From Camelus ferus (Eukaryota), in NCBI RefSeq assembly GCF_009834535.1, contig NC_045696.1, positions 50,718,001 through 50,782,000 of the forward strand: a stretch of DNA of 64,000 bases, read 5' to 3'. Of the stretch, positions 26,743 to 38,469 are shown piece after piece; position 1 is the first letter of the stretch; each line of letters begins with the position of its first letter. Made by a program: the position numbers and the translations under genes. The notes below the pieces were generated by a model, which worked only from the letters and a program-made list of their open reading frames with translations, was not told the DNA's origin and ran no database searches.

Positions 26743-28496
26743 GTGAGTGAACAAGCAGGAGCCACCTCCTCACTGCCTCCTAAACCCTCGTCGACATGCC
26801 AGCAGCCCTCTCCTTGGGCTGTCAGCTGTCTTCTACTTTGACATTTAGCCCTGTGGGATCCTAAAGGGACTGGCTTCCGTTACGGAGGTCCCCTGCCTGT
26901 CACAAGCAATCTGTTCATCCTCTGAGGGCCTGGCAGATGCTGAGCTGCTGCCCTTGGACCAGGGCACTCAGCACAGGGTTCCCGATTGTGCCGGTGCAAG
27001 CTCCCTGCCGCCGGGCCCGCACAGGAGGGGTCCCTGATGACCCGAGACCTTCGTGGAGCTGTGGGGTTCCCTGGTGGGAGGTAGGGCTCTTCCCCACACA
27101 GAAAAGCAGTCTTTCTAGGGGAACTCGAGACTTTCCCTCTCCCCATTTTCCTGGTAATTTTGCAGCCATCTCGACCATCACAGTTTCCTGCCCAGGCCCC
27201 CGTGGTCACAACAGCTGGTCCAGGGGAGACCAAGCTTTGGTCCACAGAGTGCCAGCGGGGAGAGGAGATACCTCTCAAGACCAAGTCAGCTTCTTCTCAC
27301 AATGACCTGCACTCAAGGCCAAGTAGACCCCTGTGGCTTGACCCCACACCTCAAAGTGTATACCTTTTAAAATGTTCTAGAGATTTTTAAATGTTTCTGC
27401 TAACTTTCTGGTTATGAAAGGAATATATGTTTACTATAGAAAATACAAAAAAAACATTTTGTAAGAGGGTAAAACCTCTAATCCTGCCACTCAGAAATAA
27501 CTGGAGACTGAGAAGAGTATGAATGTCTGCTGTCCCTGGCAGAAGCCTGGCATTAGCCCCTAGGGGAGGCTTGTCCATTTTTCCATTCCATCCAGCATTT
27601 GCCTAAGCAGCTCACACCTGGAGGCTGGGTTGCAGAGACATCCAGCCTGCCAAGCACAGGCCACCAGAAAGCTTGACGACCAGTGCTTTGCCTCTCAGGA
27701 AGCTGAACACCATCCCTGTTGTTGGGGTGTCCAGAAGCTGTGAATCTGTCTCCTGGGGAAAGAAGCTGAAATCAACCCTGGGACTCCACCCCCATGGCAC
27801 CTCTGATCCAGAGTAGACAAAGCCTAGCAGACCAGTGATGCAGAGAGAAGGGCTTCAGTGCTGTGTTTATGGAGAGGGTAGGGGTTGGGGGCTAGAATAC
27901 TCCTCCCTGGCTGCAGAAATTCAACAGTGAGGTGGCTCAGAGCTGTGACCAGACTGATGGGAAATTCTCAAGTCAGTTCCCTCCTTCCTGGTGGCTCGCA
28001 GGAAGGATCACCTCATCACCATGCATGCAGCACTGGCCCCTCAGTCCTTACAAATGGTTCTGAGGCAGGACATGTTATGCCTTCGACAAATGAGGAAGCA
28101 GAGTCTGAGAGGTTAACTGACTTGCCCAAGATCACACGGTTAATACAGGGTAGAACCAGAGCTTGGGTCCAGGTCTGGCAGACCCCCAGTCCTGCTTCCC
28201 TTCTATGCTACCTGGGCTCCCTTGAAAGTATAAAACAGACCCATGCAGAGCTTGGAGTGGCGAGGGTCAGCCACCCAGTTTATTACCTGGTTGGTTAGTT
28301 CCATTCCCTGCATTTTCGTCCCAGTTGGTGCAAAGTTTCGTGGGGAGAACAGCACTTTCAACTTGGGCTTGTTGGGACCCATGTGCACAGCTCCCGGCTC
28401 CTCCCCTACCTGCCCCCAACTTTGCGGGGGGCTGTTGAGTGCAGTATTCTGGGCCCAAACTCATCCCATGTTCCCCTGGCCCTGTCCTTTCCTCAG

Positions 28497-28640
28497 ATAA
28501 CTACCTGATCATGCCATCGGGGAACCTGCAGATTGTGAACGCCAGCCAGGAGGACGAGGGGATGTACAAGTGTGCCGCCTACAACCCAGTGACGCAGGAA
28601 GTGAAAACCTCGGGCTCCAGCGACAGGCTGCGCGTGCGCC
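28497..28640 (+). CDS. BOC: BOC coding exon 4, C-half of Ig2 ([30 protein letters not shown]...)
   Basis: cctcag acceptor, gtaag donor, 144 nt, inside ORF 28439..29026. Confidence 0.96.
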
Positions 28641-29258
28641 GTAAGGGTCGGGTCTCGCCGATAGAGGGGGGCCTGGGGGTACAGCGGTCCAAGCTCCTGA
28701 CCCGTGTTCTCCAAGGTGGGGGCCGGGGGGCTGGGGCCAGTGGGATGTCCAGGACTCAGGATTCAGCCAGAGTAGGGGTCCTCTGCCCTCTGCCGGCCTC
28801 TCACAGCACGTGGCCCTCAGACTTGGTTCAGGGGGCGGCAGAGCTTGCGGGTCACTTCAGAGCCCTGTGGGGGGACACCCGCTCACTCCAGCCTGTTGAG
28901 AGCTTTCCTTCTCTGTGCCACTTTCAGAGGATGGGCACGGGTTGGGATGCGTGTACTGGGGCAGGACAGGCTGGCCATAGCATACGCATAGAAAAGACGC
29001 TGGTGCATGCATTTGTGCCTGTGTGAGGCCACCAGATCTGCTTTGCGTGAGGCCAGGCTGTGTCTACTCAGTCCGCATGGTGGAAATGCCCAGCACCTCC
29101 CTCTGATGAAGGTCCCCAGAGGCCCACACTGCTCCCCCATTCATATGAAAACAGCAGCTCCCTTGGCTGAGCACGTCCTCCGGGACAGGTACTTTTCTAG
29201 GCTCCCGCGTATTCAGTGGAGTGACGTCTTATGTGGAATTAGGCTTTAGAGTTGGCAC

Positions 29259-29408
29259 CAGAAGCAGATCTACCCTGAATCTAATGAAGCAAAACTTCAT
29301 TGAGTCCTCACTCACCTAATTTTGTATCTGTAATTTTTTATATTCTTTTTCTTCAAGAGGGTCTCCTGAGCTAAATTTCAGGTCTTACATACGCTGGATC
29401 TGCCTGTG
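29259..29408 (+). mobile_element. MER53-like hAT MITE
   Basis: TIR-like ends cagaagcagatcta and tggatctgcctgtg; 8-bp TSD gttggcac / gttggcgc. Confidence 0.75.
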
Positions 29409-30144
29409 GTTGGCGCATAAAGCAGATGGTCAGCCTGCTCCTTAGTCAGCGGGCTCCTCCTGGGTTCCTGAGGAAGGGAACCTGCCTTCCAGTCAGTTCT
29501 GTGTAGTTTCTGCCCCAGCGTTGAAAAAAGATCACTGCTTCCTCAGCTGAGCACCTGCTGAAATACTTGATTTGCTTTGGACACAAGAAATGAGTGCCTC
29601 TTTAAACAGTAGGTTACCTCACCACCCCCCGACTTAGCACAGCAGGATGCCAACTGCCAGATGAGCGCAGGGGCTCCCGTGAGACACACTTGGGAACTGA
29701 GGTCCAGGGATGGGGTTTGTGGGACGCAGCAGATCCTTCTCCCCTCTTGTCCTGGGCCTCAGAGTGGACTTACTGAGTACAAGTGAGAAAAATCACCTGC
29801 ACCATTCGAATTGTTTCTCTGCCCACCACCTCATCTTTCTTTGTCAAAACACATAGTTAACCATGCACATGTCGTGTCGATGATGCTGCTTCACCCCTGT
29901 CTCGTTCCTTCCCCGTGACAGCTCTCTGCAGGACGACCTTGTTACCCATAAGAAAACCAAGGCCCAAGGGAATTAGTAACTTGCCCACTTGACATAGGTC
30001 GTAAGCCCCTGGAGGCCTGTTTGAGTCCAAACGCAGGCTCTCTGGGCCGCCTCCTGGGGCTGGGCCGCCTGAAGCAGGCTGGAGGGGGTCCCTTGCACCC
30101 CGGCCTGGTCCCACACGCTGTGCTGCTTCTCCTTGCCCCTCCAG

Positions 30145-30438
30145 GCTCCACTGCTGAGGCTGCCCGCATCATCTACCCCCCCGAGGCCCAGACCATCGTT
30201 GTCACCAAAGGCCAGAGTCTCATCCTGGAGTGTGTGGCCAGTGGGATCCCACCCCCGAGGGTCACCTGGGCCAAGGATGGGTCCAGTGTCGCCAGCTACA
30301 ACAAGACACGCTTCCTGCTGAGCAACCTCCTCATCGACACCACCAGCGAGGAGGACTCGGGGACCTATCGCTGCATGGCAGACAACGGGGTCGGGGAGCC
30401 TGGGGCTGCGGTCATCCTCTACAACGTCCAAGTGTTTG
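30145..30438 (+). CDS. BOC: BOC coding exon 5, Ig3 (STAEAARIIYPPEAQ...YNVQVF)
   Basis: ccag acceptor, gtgag donor, 294 nt. Confidence 0.96.
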
Positions 30439-30777
30439 GTGAGTGTCTCCTGCAGACCTTCTTCTCTTCTGCCTTCTCTTATCTGCATGGCCTTTCTAGA
30501 GGCATTAAGCTGAAGCTCAGACAGGGTCACGCGCCGAGTGAGTGATGGAGGTGTTCTGAGAGGGTGGGAGGCCTTGGATCCCAGGGACTAGGGAGTACCT
30601 GCCTGGCAGCCCTTCCCTGTGAGGACTCTGATGGAGGAGACATGGGACCTTTCCTCTCCTCTACCAACAACCACAGAGAAGGAGAGAGAGTCTCTTGCCA
30701 GCAGTCCCCTCCCCAGCCTGTCTGGGCCTGGACAGAAGGACTCAGCCTTTCTCACCGTTGCTCTGATTTCCTGTCAG

Positions 30778-31050
30778 AACCCCCTGAGGTCACCATGGAG
30801 CTGTCCCAGCTGGTCATCCCGTGGGGCCAGAGCGCCAAGCTCACCTGTGAGGTGCGCGGGAACCCCCCTCCGACCGTGCTGTGGCTGAGGAACGCTGTGC
30901 CCCTCACCTCCAGCCAGCGCCTCCGACTGTCCCGTCGGGCCCTGCGGGTGGTCAGCATGGGGCCTGAGGACGAAGGCGTCTACCAGTGCATGGCTGAGAA
31001 TGAGGTTGGGAGTGCCCACGCCGTGGTCCAGCTGAGGACCACCAGGCCAG
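30778..31050 (+). CDS. BOC: BOC coding exon 6, Ig4 (PPEVTMELSQLVIPWGQSAKLTC...VQLRTTRP)
   Basis: gtcag acceptor, gtgag donor, 273 nt. Confidence 0.96.
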
Positions 31051-32059
31051 GTGAGTGCAGCCCAAGGGTCTGAGATTCTGAGTGAACATTTACAGAACCC
31101 TTTTTTTCAAATGAAATCCAACTTATCTAGTGTATAAAGTGAATAAAAGTGACTCTTAGTTGTAAGTTCAAATCTACATTAACTAGTAAGTCAGAAGTGT
31201 TAACTTTCAGTAATGAAAATGACCCATTTCACTGTTGTAATTTTTTTAAACTTTTTAATTAGCTTGCAGAATCTGTAGGGTTCTAGGGTTCCATGGAACC
31301 CAGTTTGATAACCACTGGTCTAGCACCAGGAAAAGCAAGTCTGTCTTTCTCAGCTTGATTGATTTCAGTTGACGATTCAGTCAGGCAATTAAGCAGTTGC
31401 TGTTGGCTCAGCACAGGGCTAGGCAGTGTTGGGGGTGCAGAGAAACATAACCAAGACCCTACCCTCAAGGCCCTTCTTAGGCAGGATGTGGAAGAAGACA
31501 ACAGGAGTAATAAAATGCTGAGTCAGCTACCAGGTGCCCACCTCCTGTGGTGCAGGAGCTCAGGTAGAAGCAGCTAGTGTTGGCAGAGTCTGTGGACGCT
31601 TCCTGAAGGAAGTGTTGCCCCTCCTGCCTCTCAGAGTCTCAAGATGCACTTTCATAGCTCAGGTCTCCAGGTCCCCACAGTTCCACAGGAAGCGGCCCAC
31701 ACTGTGCCAGGGTGTTGATCCCACAGTGAAGGGACATGTCCCCATCTCTGCATGGACGTGAGAAAGAGGGACGGGGTTCCTGCACCTCGGGAGCAAGTTG
31801 AGGTAGTTCACTCAAGACATACCAGGTGTGGACGCAGGAAGCCTGGGGTAGGGGTGGGGCGTCAGGCTGCCTTTCCCTCCTGGCTGGGCAGGGGCACAGC
31901 CCTCTCCTCCCACAGAGCCTGGCTGTGTGTCAGGCAGGCTGGTGGTCACCTCAGGCCCTGCGCTGAGAGCTCATCCCTCTGACATCTCAGTTTTCTCCGG
32001 TGGGGCAACAGCTCAGCAGGTGCTCTTCCTCACCTTCTCCTTCCTGCTCGGTCCTCCAG

Positions 32060-32367
32060 GCACCACCCTGAGGCCATGGCGGGATGCTCAGCCAGACACC
32101 ACCACACCTCGCACGCCGCCCTCCAGACCTGGAAGCCCTGACCAGATGCTGAAGGGCCACCCGGGGCCCCTGAGGCCCCCGGTGTTGGTGCAGCCGGCTT
32201 CCACACAGTGCCCCGGAGAGCAGGGGCAGGTGGCTCCAGCCGAGGCGCCCGTCATCCTCAGCTCGCCCCGCACCTCCAAGACTGACTCATATGAGCTGGT
32301 GTGGCGGCCCCGGCATGAGGGCGGCAGCCGGGCGCCCATCCTCTACTATGTGGTGAAACACCGCAAG
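32060..32367 (+). CDS. BOC: BOC coding exon 7, Pro-rich linker and start of FNIII-1 (...APVILSSPRTSKTDSYELVWRP...YYVVKHRK)
   Basis: ctccag acceptor, gtacgg donor, 308 nt, phase 1-0. Confidence 0.94.
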
Positions 32368-34719
32368 GTACGGAGCGTGCTGAGCTCTCGGTGAGGCCAG
32401 GGGCTCTCTGCCTGCTGGCCGTCTCCCCTACAGCTCCTGAAGCCTGGACAGTTGTCCCCACTGCTGACCATGACCTTCTCTGCCCTCCAGTGTACTTTTT
32501 TCCACCTTGCAGGAAGCTTTGGGTCTGAGCCCTGTGCACCAGCTTCCCATCCCGAGGAGCGTACAGGCTCCCTGTTAACCATCCCCCATCCTCCCCTCTT
32601 CCCTCTGCCATTTGCTGGGGCTGTTGTTTTGTTTCGTTTTTTAACCTAAGTAAGCTGTGCTGGGTACATACCTGCAGGAACTCTGGTGTGGCAAGCTAGC
32701 TCAGGAGCCAGGAAAACTAATATTTGTGAACAAGTGTTTTCGCTGAGGGCCACAAAATACCCACTCAGTTCTCAGGATTCCTCATGGCTCAGGTTTGACA
32801 AGCAGGCATTTGAGCTAAAAGCACATCATGTTGTTCAGACCTCAGCTATTTCTCGTTGACAGAAGGAAGTCTGTCCAGGTGGTTGTTTTGGGAGCTGTCA
32901 GGGAGGGAGTCTGGCTCTGACAGGATGCAGGGACAGAGCTGGGCCAGCCCATCTCTTGGACACTGCGCCCTGTGAGCAGAACGGGGCCCCCAGGCTGCCA
33001 CCCTCATTCAAGGCCAGGCTCTCACCTGCTGTTACCCATTAAATTCCCTTTAAGAAAATATCCTTGAAAACATTTCTGTTCATCCCAGGTGCAGGCTGTT
33101 TTCTTTCTAAGGCATAAAACAGTAGAAAATTATTAAGTGGATTTTTAAAAATCGTATTTGATAAGTAATAATGTGTCATAAGTGCTAGGCTTTATTATGC
33201 ATTTATTATTTGTGGTTTATGAAACTGCTATGTGCACTTGGTAGAAAACATGGAAAATATATGAATGTGGAACTAAAAGTATTTATCAGCTTTCCTCTCC
33301 CCTCCAAAAACACCACCACCAGCCCTGCCGGGTGGAAAGCGCTGGCTGTGCAGAAGCCATGCTCTGGCCCTGGGCCCGCCGGCCCCCACGGTCTCTTCCT
33401 GCCCGTTACGTGCTCTGCTCGGAGACCTCGGGTCGGGACAAGTCCTCGGGGGCACCTTTGGCAAAGTTGCCTCCTAGGTAGGGGTCGGGAGGGGCCGTTT
33501 CTCATTAACTCTCAGCCTGCTAGCCTGTTCACAGGCAGCCAGCAAAGTGGGTGGGTGAGTTTGTAACAGAAAGCAGCATTGTTCAGCCCAGGTTATGGGG
33601 CAGGGCTGGTCCTAACCCTCATTTCCCCGTGTAACTGGACCCCACCGTCACAGAGCTGTGGACAAAGATCAGGGCAGGCCAAATGCTCATGGTCCCCAGG
33701 AGACAAGAACCAGCGTGAGAGCAAGGAGAATATTTTTCGGGCCAGTAGGTGGACGTGAAACCAGCTCACTGAGAGGCCGGCTGGCAAAGGCCACGTGAGG
33801 CAATCCGGAAACACCGGGCTGAGGCCGCGTTCTCCCCCTCGGTGTGCGTGACAGTGACTAATTACCATTCCATTTCTTATTTTCATTTCTGAGCCCAGGG
33901 GAAGGGAGACCGGTGCTGGGAGGCCGAGACAGCAGGGGCCCAAGGGAAGTGAGAGGACAGCGCCCCCCGCTGGGCCTGGCTTCTGTTACGCTGTGGCCTG
34001 TGGGGCACTGGGAGCTGTTGGGTGGACTCGGCCTTGAAAGCAGTTTCTTTCTTGAAGAACTAAAGATCATCACACAAGAAAGGATTCTGAAAGAAAAATC
34101 AGGCTTGGGCTTGTATTTTTTCATCCCCCCTCTCCTGCTGGAGCCTGGGAGTCATTCAGCTCATTTTCACTTTTTCACATGCATGAAGCCAGTTTTCATT
34201 TCCTGGTGTATCTACAGATCCTGGGCTACTGTGTTTGGGTTTCCAGCACCGCTGGGGATTCTCAGTTTGTAAAAACTTTTTCCCTTTGGAACAAATCCTG
34301 GAAGCCTGACATTAATGAGTCCAGACCATCCCTGTCCCTTGAATAGTGGGTTTTGTTCTACTTTGGAATATTCGGCGTGGAGATAAGAGCTTTTCCTACA
34401 GCTGTTTAATTCCTTCAGCAAACCGCAGCTTCAGGCCCCAGCAGGCTCTCTGAGATGTGCACAGCTGGCAGTGGAGTCTCTGTCCTGAAAGGCGGGGTGG
34501 GTGAGGTGAAGCAGCCTCTCAGCAGCGCCTGTCCAGGAGCCTGGAGCTCCTTTGTTTTTTCTTTAAAAAGAGCTAAGAATTTGAAGCCTTAAAAAGATTA
34601 ATCTGTGATAATTACGAATTAATCCATGGTTTTTAAGTTCTAAGTGAGGCCTGAGGGCAGGAACAGAAAAAGGAGAGTTGAAATCCTCACTGCGTAGAGG
34701 ATGGGGGGTTAGGGGAGGG

Positions 34720-35200
34720 GCCAGGCGCTTGTTGGGAACCTACTGTGTGCAGGTTCAATGCTCAACACATCACGTAAATCATCAGATTTAATCTTCAGGA
34801 TGACCTGAGAGATTTTCTTTGCTTCATTTTAGAAATAGAGAGCTTAAGGGATCAGAAGGATTAGGAACCTTGCTCAGGGTCACACAGCTGGTAACCTGTG
34901 TGTGGTAGGAGAGACAGCCCAGATTTGAACCCAGGATTTTTTGGCTCCCAGGCTCTCTTTCCAGGGTAGGTTATGATTACGAACTCGCTCTCTGGAGTCA
35001 AGTCAGGGTTTCTGTGCTCACTAGCAGTGTGGTCTTAGGCAAATCACTCATCTCTGTAAGCCTCAGTCTCCCCACTTACGAGGCAGGAACAATATTAACT
35101 CCCATCTCTTGGGCTATTGCCATGGTAGCACTTTATGGTGCATATAAAGTGCTTAGTGTGTGCCTGGCACATAATCAGCACTCAGCAGATGGGGCTGCTT
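34720..35200. mobile_element. Two oppositely oriented MIR relics (minus about 34720-34960, plus about 34965-35200)
   Basis: ccttgctcagggtcacacagctggtaa...gatttgaacccagg followed by gtgtggtcttaggcaaatcact...tgcctggcacataatcagcactca. Confidence 0.7.
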
Positions 35201-35614
35201 CTCCTGGTGCTGCTACTTTCATCATTTTCACCATCATCTCATTAGAATGTTTGGTTTAAATAGATCAAGGAGAAAGAAAATTAAATAGGGAGGTTTTTAG
35301 AAAAACAGAGGGTCTTTGGAGAAACTCCCAGCAGTATCACTTGGGCCCTTTGACTCTCCCCACCGAGTTGTCTTTGATGAGATCATTAGATGAGGGATGA
35401 GGGAGCCTGAATGTACTGTCCCAGCGAGGATGGGTGTCCCAGGGCCAGCAGGACCAGTCTCCTTCTGTTGGGCCACCCCTGCCCCAACCCTGGCCCATTC
35501 TCCCTCCCTTTCTCCTGCCCTCTGAGGCTCAATTCTGCTTTTCTTGCAAACCACAACCCACTTCTAGCTCCAGGCCAAGATGCCAGTCCTTATACCAGCT
35601 GCCTTCACCAGCAG

Positions 35615-35775
35615 GTCACAAACTCCTCTGACGAATGGACCATCTCTGGCATCCCAGCCAGCCAGCACCAGCCTGACCCTCACCAGACTCGACCCTGGGA
35701 GCTTGTATGAGGTGGAGATGGCAGCTTACAACTGTGCAGGTGAAGGCCAGACGGCCATGGTCACCTTCCGAACTG
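35615..35775 (+). CDS. BOC: BOC coding exon 8, rest of FNIII-1 (VTNSSDEWTISGIPASQH / LTLTRLDPGSLYEVEMAAYNCAGEGQTAMVTFRT); contains a +1 frameshift
   Basis: CAGCAG acceptor at 35609-35614, gtaag donor at 35776. Length is 161 nt where 160 is needed for phase 0-1. The peptide is split over ORFs 35411..35710 and 35580..36002. Confidence 0.93.
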
Positions 35776-36135
35776 GTAAGGGTCCCAGGTTGCCCCCAGC
35801 GTGGGGTTTCCGTGAACCCGAGCAGTCCTGTCAGGCCAGGTGGGAAGCCCTGCTCGCCTTACCCCAGCTATTCACCTTGAACTTTACCTTCCTTTCAGCT
35901 ACTGCCTCCCTGTGGTCCCACCTCCCATCAGCAGAATCACCAGCTGGCCCCCTGACATCCCTTTGCCTCTCTTGCACTCAGGGGCCAGGTGCAATTCCAT
36001 GACCACACTTCCAGTGTCCTCTATTATTGACATAGTCTTGTCAGATCTCTTGGCAGAGCCTCAGGCAGAAGGGACTCTGTGGAAAGGGAGACCTGATGCA
36101 CACTCCTTGTGCTGACCCCAACCTATTTCACCCAG

Positions 36136-36246
36136 GACGGCGGCCCAAACCCGAAATCATAGCCAGCAAGGAGCAGCAGATCCAGAGAGATGACCCTGGA
36201 GCCGGCCCCCAGAGCAGCAGCCAGCTGGACCATGGCCGCCTGTCCC
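36136..36246 (+). CDS. BOC: BOC coding exon 9 (RRPKPEIIASKEQQIQRDDPG...HGRLS)
   Basis: cccag acceptor, gtaag donor, 111 nt. Confidence 0.94.
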
Positions 36247-36745
36247 GTAAGCCCCCAGCAGACCCAAGGGCAGGGTGATGAGAGGTCAGAACTGGGTACA
36301 GGTCCACTGCCTCAGAAGGCTCATTGCTGCAGGTTGAATGGGATCTTGGTTCGTGGGTGCAGGAGTCCTTGTGTTGTCTGGCCTCTCCCCAGTTAGCCAC
36401 AATGAGATGTGGATAGGAGCTTTTCAGAAAAGACACTGGAGTTTGACACTAGGGTTGCTGACCATCTGGGTCCAGAAAGCAGTAGAGGGGGGAAGAGCTG
36501 GCCCCTGGCCTCCACACTGATATTGCAGAAGCATAGCTTTTAGGCGTCTTAACTCCAAGGGCTCCTACCAGGGGAGAGTGACCCAGGGAGCCCCAGGGAG
36601 ACCTGACGCAGCCACCGGGGGGCGGAGGGCACTGGGGGAAGCTGGCCCTGATCAGGAACAGGCCAGGTCCAGTCTCAGGACACCCACCTTCTCACCACAT
36701 CCCTTCCTCCTGCTTCCTTCCTCTCTTGTGTATGGTCTCCTCCAG

Positions 36746-36952
36746 CCCCAGAAGCTCCAGACAGGCCCACGATCTCCATGGCCTCTGAGACTTCAGTGTA
36801 TGTGACCTGGATTCCCCGTGGGAATGGTGGCTTCCCAATCCAGTCCTTCCGCGTGGAGTACAAGAAGCTAAAGAAAGTGGGGGACTGGATTCTGGCCACC
36901 AGCGCCATCCCGCCCTCCCGGCTCTCGGTGGAGATCACCGGCCTGGAGAAAG
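36746..36952 (+). CDS. BOC: BOC coding exon 10, FNIII-2 ([32 protein letters not shown]...ITGLEK)
   Basis: tccag acceptor, gtagg donor, 207 nt. Confidence 0.96.
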
Positions 36953-37285
36953 GTAGGGTCCTGGCCACTGTCCTACCTGGTCCCCAGCTGCCCCGGCCAC
37001 CTGGAGGAGAATGGGAGCCTGGAGGTCCTTCTCTCCGCTTGTCCTCCACTCACCATCAGGCTCCCTGGCCGCTCTTGGTGGAGTTACCTCGGTCCCACAA
37101 GCCCTTCCTTCTCTCTCCCTAGCTCCATACTTGGTCTAGAGGCACCTCCTGTGTGGCTCCTCTCTGATGAGGGTGGGATTCTTGAGTCCTCTGGGGCTTG
37201 CTTTTGGGCAAGGGCTGCCCAGAAGATCCCTCCACGTCCTGAGCCTGGATGGGCCGTGGGGCAGTCAGGCCGTGTCTCTCCCCAG

Positions 37286-37467
37286 GCACGTCCTACAAGT
37301 TCCGAGTCCGCGCTCTGAACATGCTGGGGGAGAGCGAGCCCAGCGCCCCCTCCCGGCCCTACGTGGTGTCGGGCTACAGCAGCCGCGTGTACGAGCGGCC
37401 CGTGGCCGGCCCTTACATCACCTTCACTGACGCCGTCAACGAGACCACCATCATGCTCAAGTGGATG
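37286..37467 (+). CDS. BOC: BOC coding exon 11 (TSYKFRVRALNMLGESEPS...TTIMLKWM)
   Basis: cccag acceptor, gtgag donor, 182 nt. Confidence 0.96.
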
Positions 37468-37906
37468 GTGAGTGGCCTGGCGCAGACCGCCGTGGGAGGA
37501 CGGGGCCGGCAGCCGCAGCGCGGGCAGGAAGGAATCACCTTTCTTCCCTGACTCATTCCAAGCTGCTTCCCCTTAAGTGTTCCTCCACCTGCGTGCCTGG
37601 GAACCTGGGGCTCGGGCCAGAGAGACTCACCCTCACGATACCCAGGTTGAGGGGACTTCAGTCTTTGAAGAAATGGCAGTTTGTTTCTTGTCTCCAAAAG
37701 TTGGGGACTGCTACGCTAAATAAAATAAGGCGTGATCTCCTCAGCATTGACCAGGGGGCCTTGGGGATTGTCATCAGAAATGTTTGTCTGGGTCCCTAGT
37801 GAATTTTAAACTCTAGGCTGGGGTATGATTCCAGCCACCAGCGGATCTGCTCACATGATGATTTCCCTGCTCCACTGGCAACTTGTTTCTTCTTTCTTCC
37901 CTATAG

Positions 37907-38012
37907 TACATTCCAGCAAGTAACAACAACACCCCAATCCATGGCTTTTATATCTATTACCGGCCCACAGACAGCGACAATGACAGTGACTACAAGAAGG
38001 ACATGGTGGAAG
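37907..38012 (+). CDS. BOC: BOC coding exon 12, FNIII-3 ([35 protein letters not shown]), part of the Hedgehog-binding domain
   Basis: ctatag acceptor, gtgag donor, 106 nt, translated by hand. Confidence 0.95.
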
Positions 38013-38346
38013 GTGAGAAACACTTGTGAGTTTCCTCTGTTGGCCCTGGTGTGTCTAGAAGTTGGTGAAAGTACAAAACGGGCTGGCGGGTCCCAGATCA
38101 TTGGCTCCTTCATGACATACTCGGGGTCGTCCAGTTCATAAGCCCCCGTGCTTCCTTCCCATGGTGATGGGACAACAGGAAGTGGGTGGGCACTTGGACT
38201 ATGTCCTTCAGTGCTCCTTCCCCACATGGCCCCCTGTGCTAGTCCATGGCACCAGCTCAGACACACAGCCCTGAGTGTGGCTGCAGATGGGGGCCAGGCA
38301 AACCCCGTGCATGATCCCCACACGTGCCTCTCTTGCTGTTTCCCAG

Positions 38347-38469
38347 GGGACAGATACTGGCACTCCATCAGCCACCTGCAGCCGGAGACCTCCTACGACA
38401 TTAAGATGCAGTGCTTCAACGAAGGCGGGGAGAGCGAGTTCAGCAACGTGATGATCTGTGAAACCAAAG
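38347..38469 (+). CDS. BOC: BOC coding exon 13, end of FNIII-3 ([40 protein letters not shown])
   Basis: cccag acceptor, gtgat donor, 123 nt. Confidence 0.96.

Noticed and set aside
29973..30530. 185-aa antisense ORF, and similar shadow ORFs over BOC exons
   Set aside because: Antisense shadows of GC3-rich coding exons
34720..35200. Inverted MIR pair as a dsRNA or editing substrate upstream of exon 8
   Set aside because: The copies are too diverged for me to support a stable duplex
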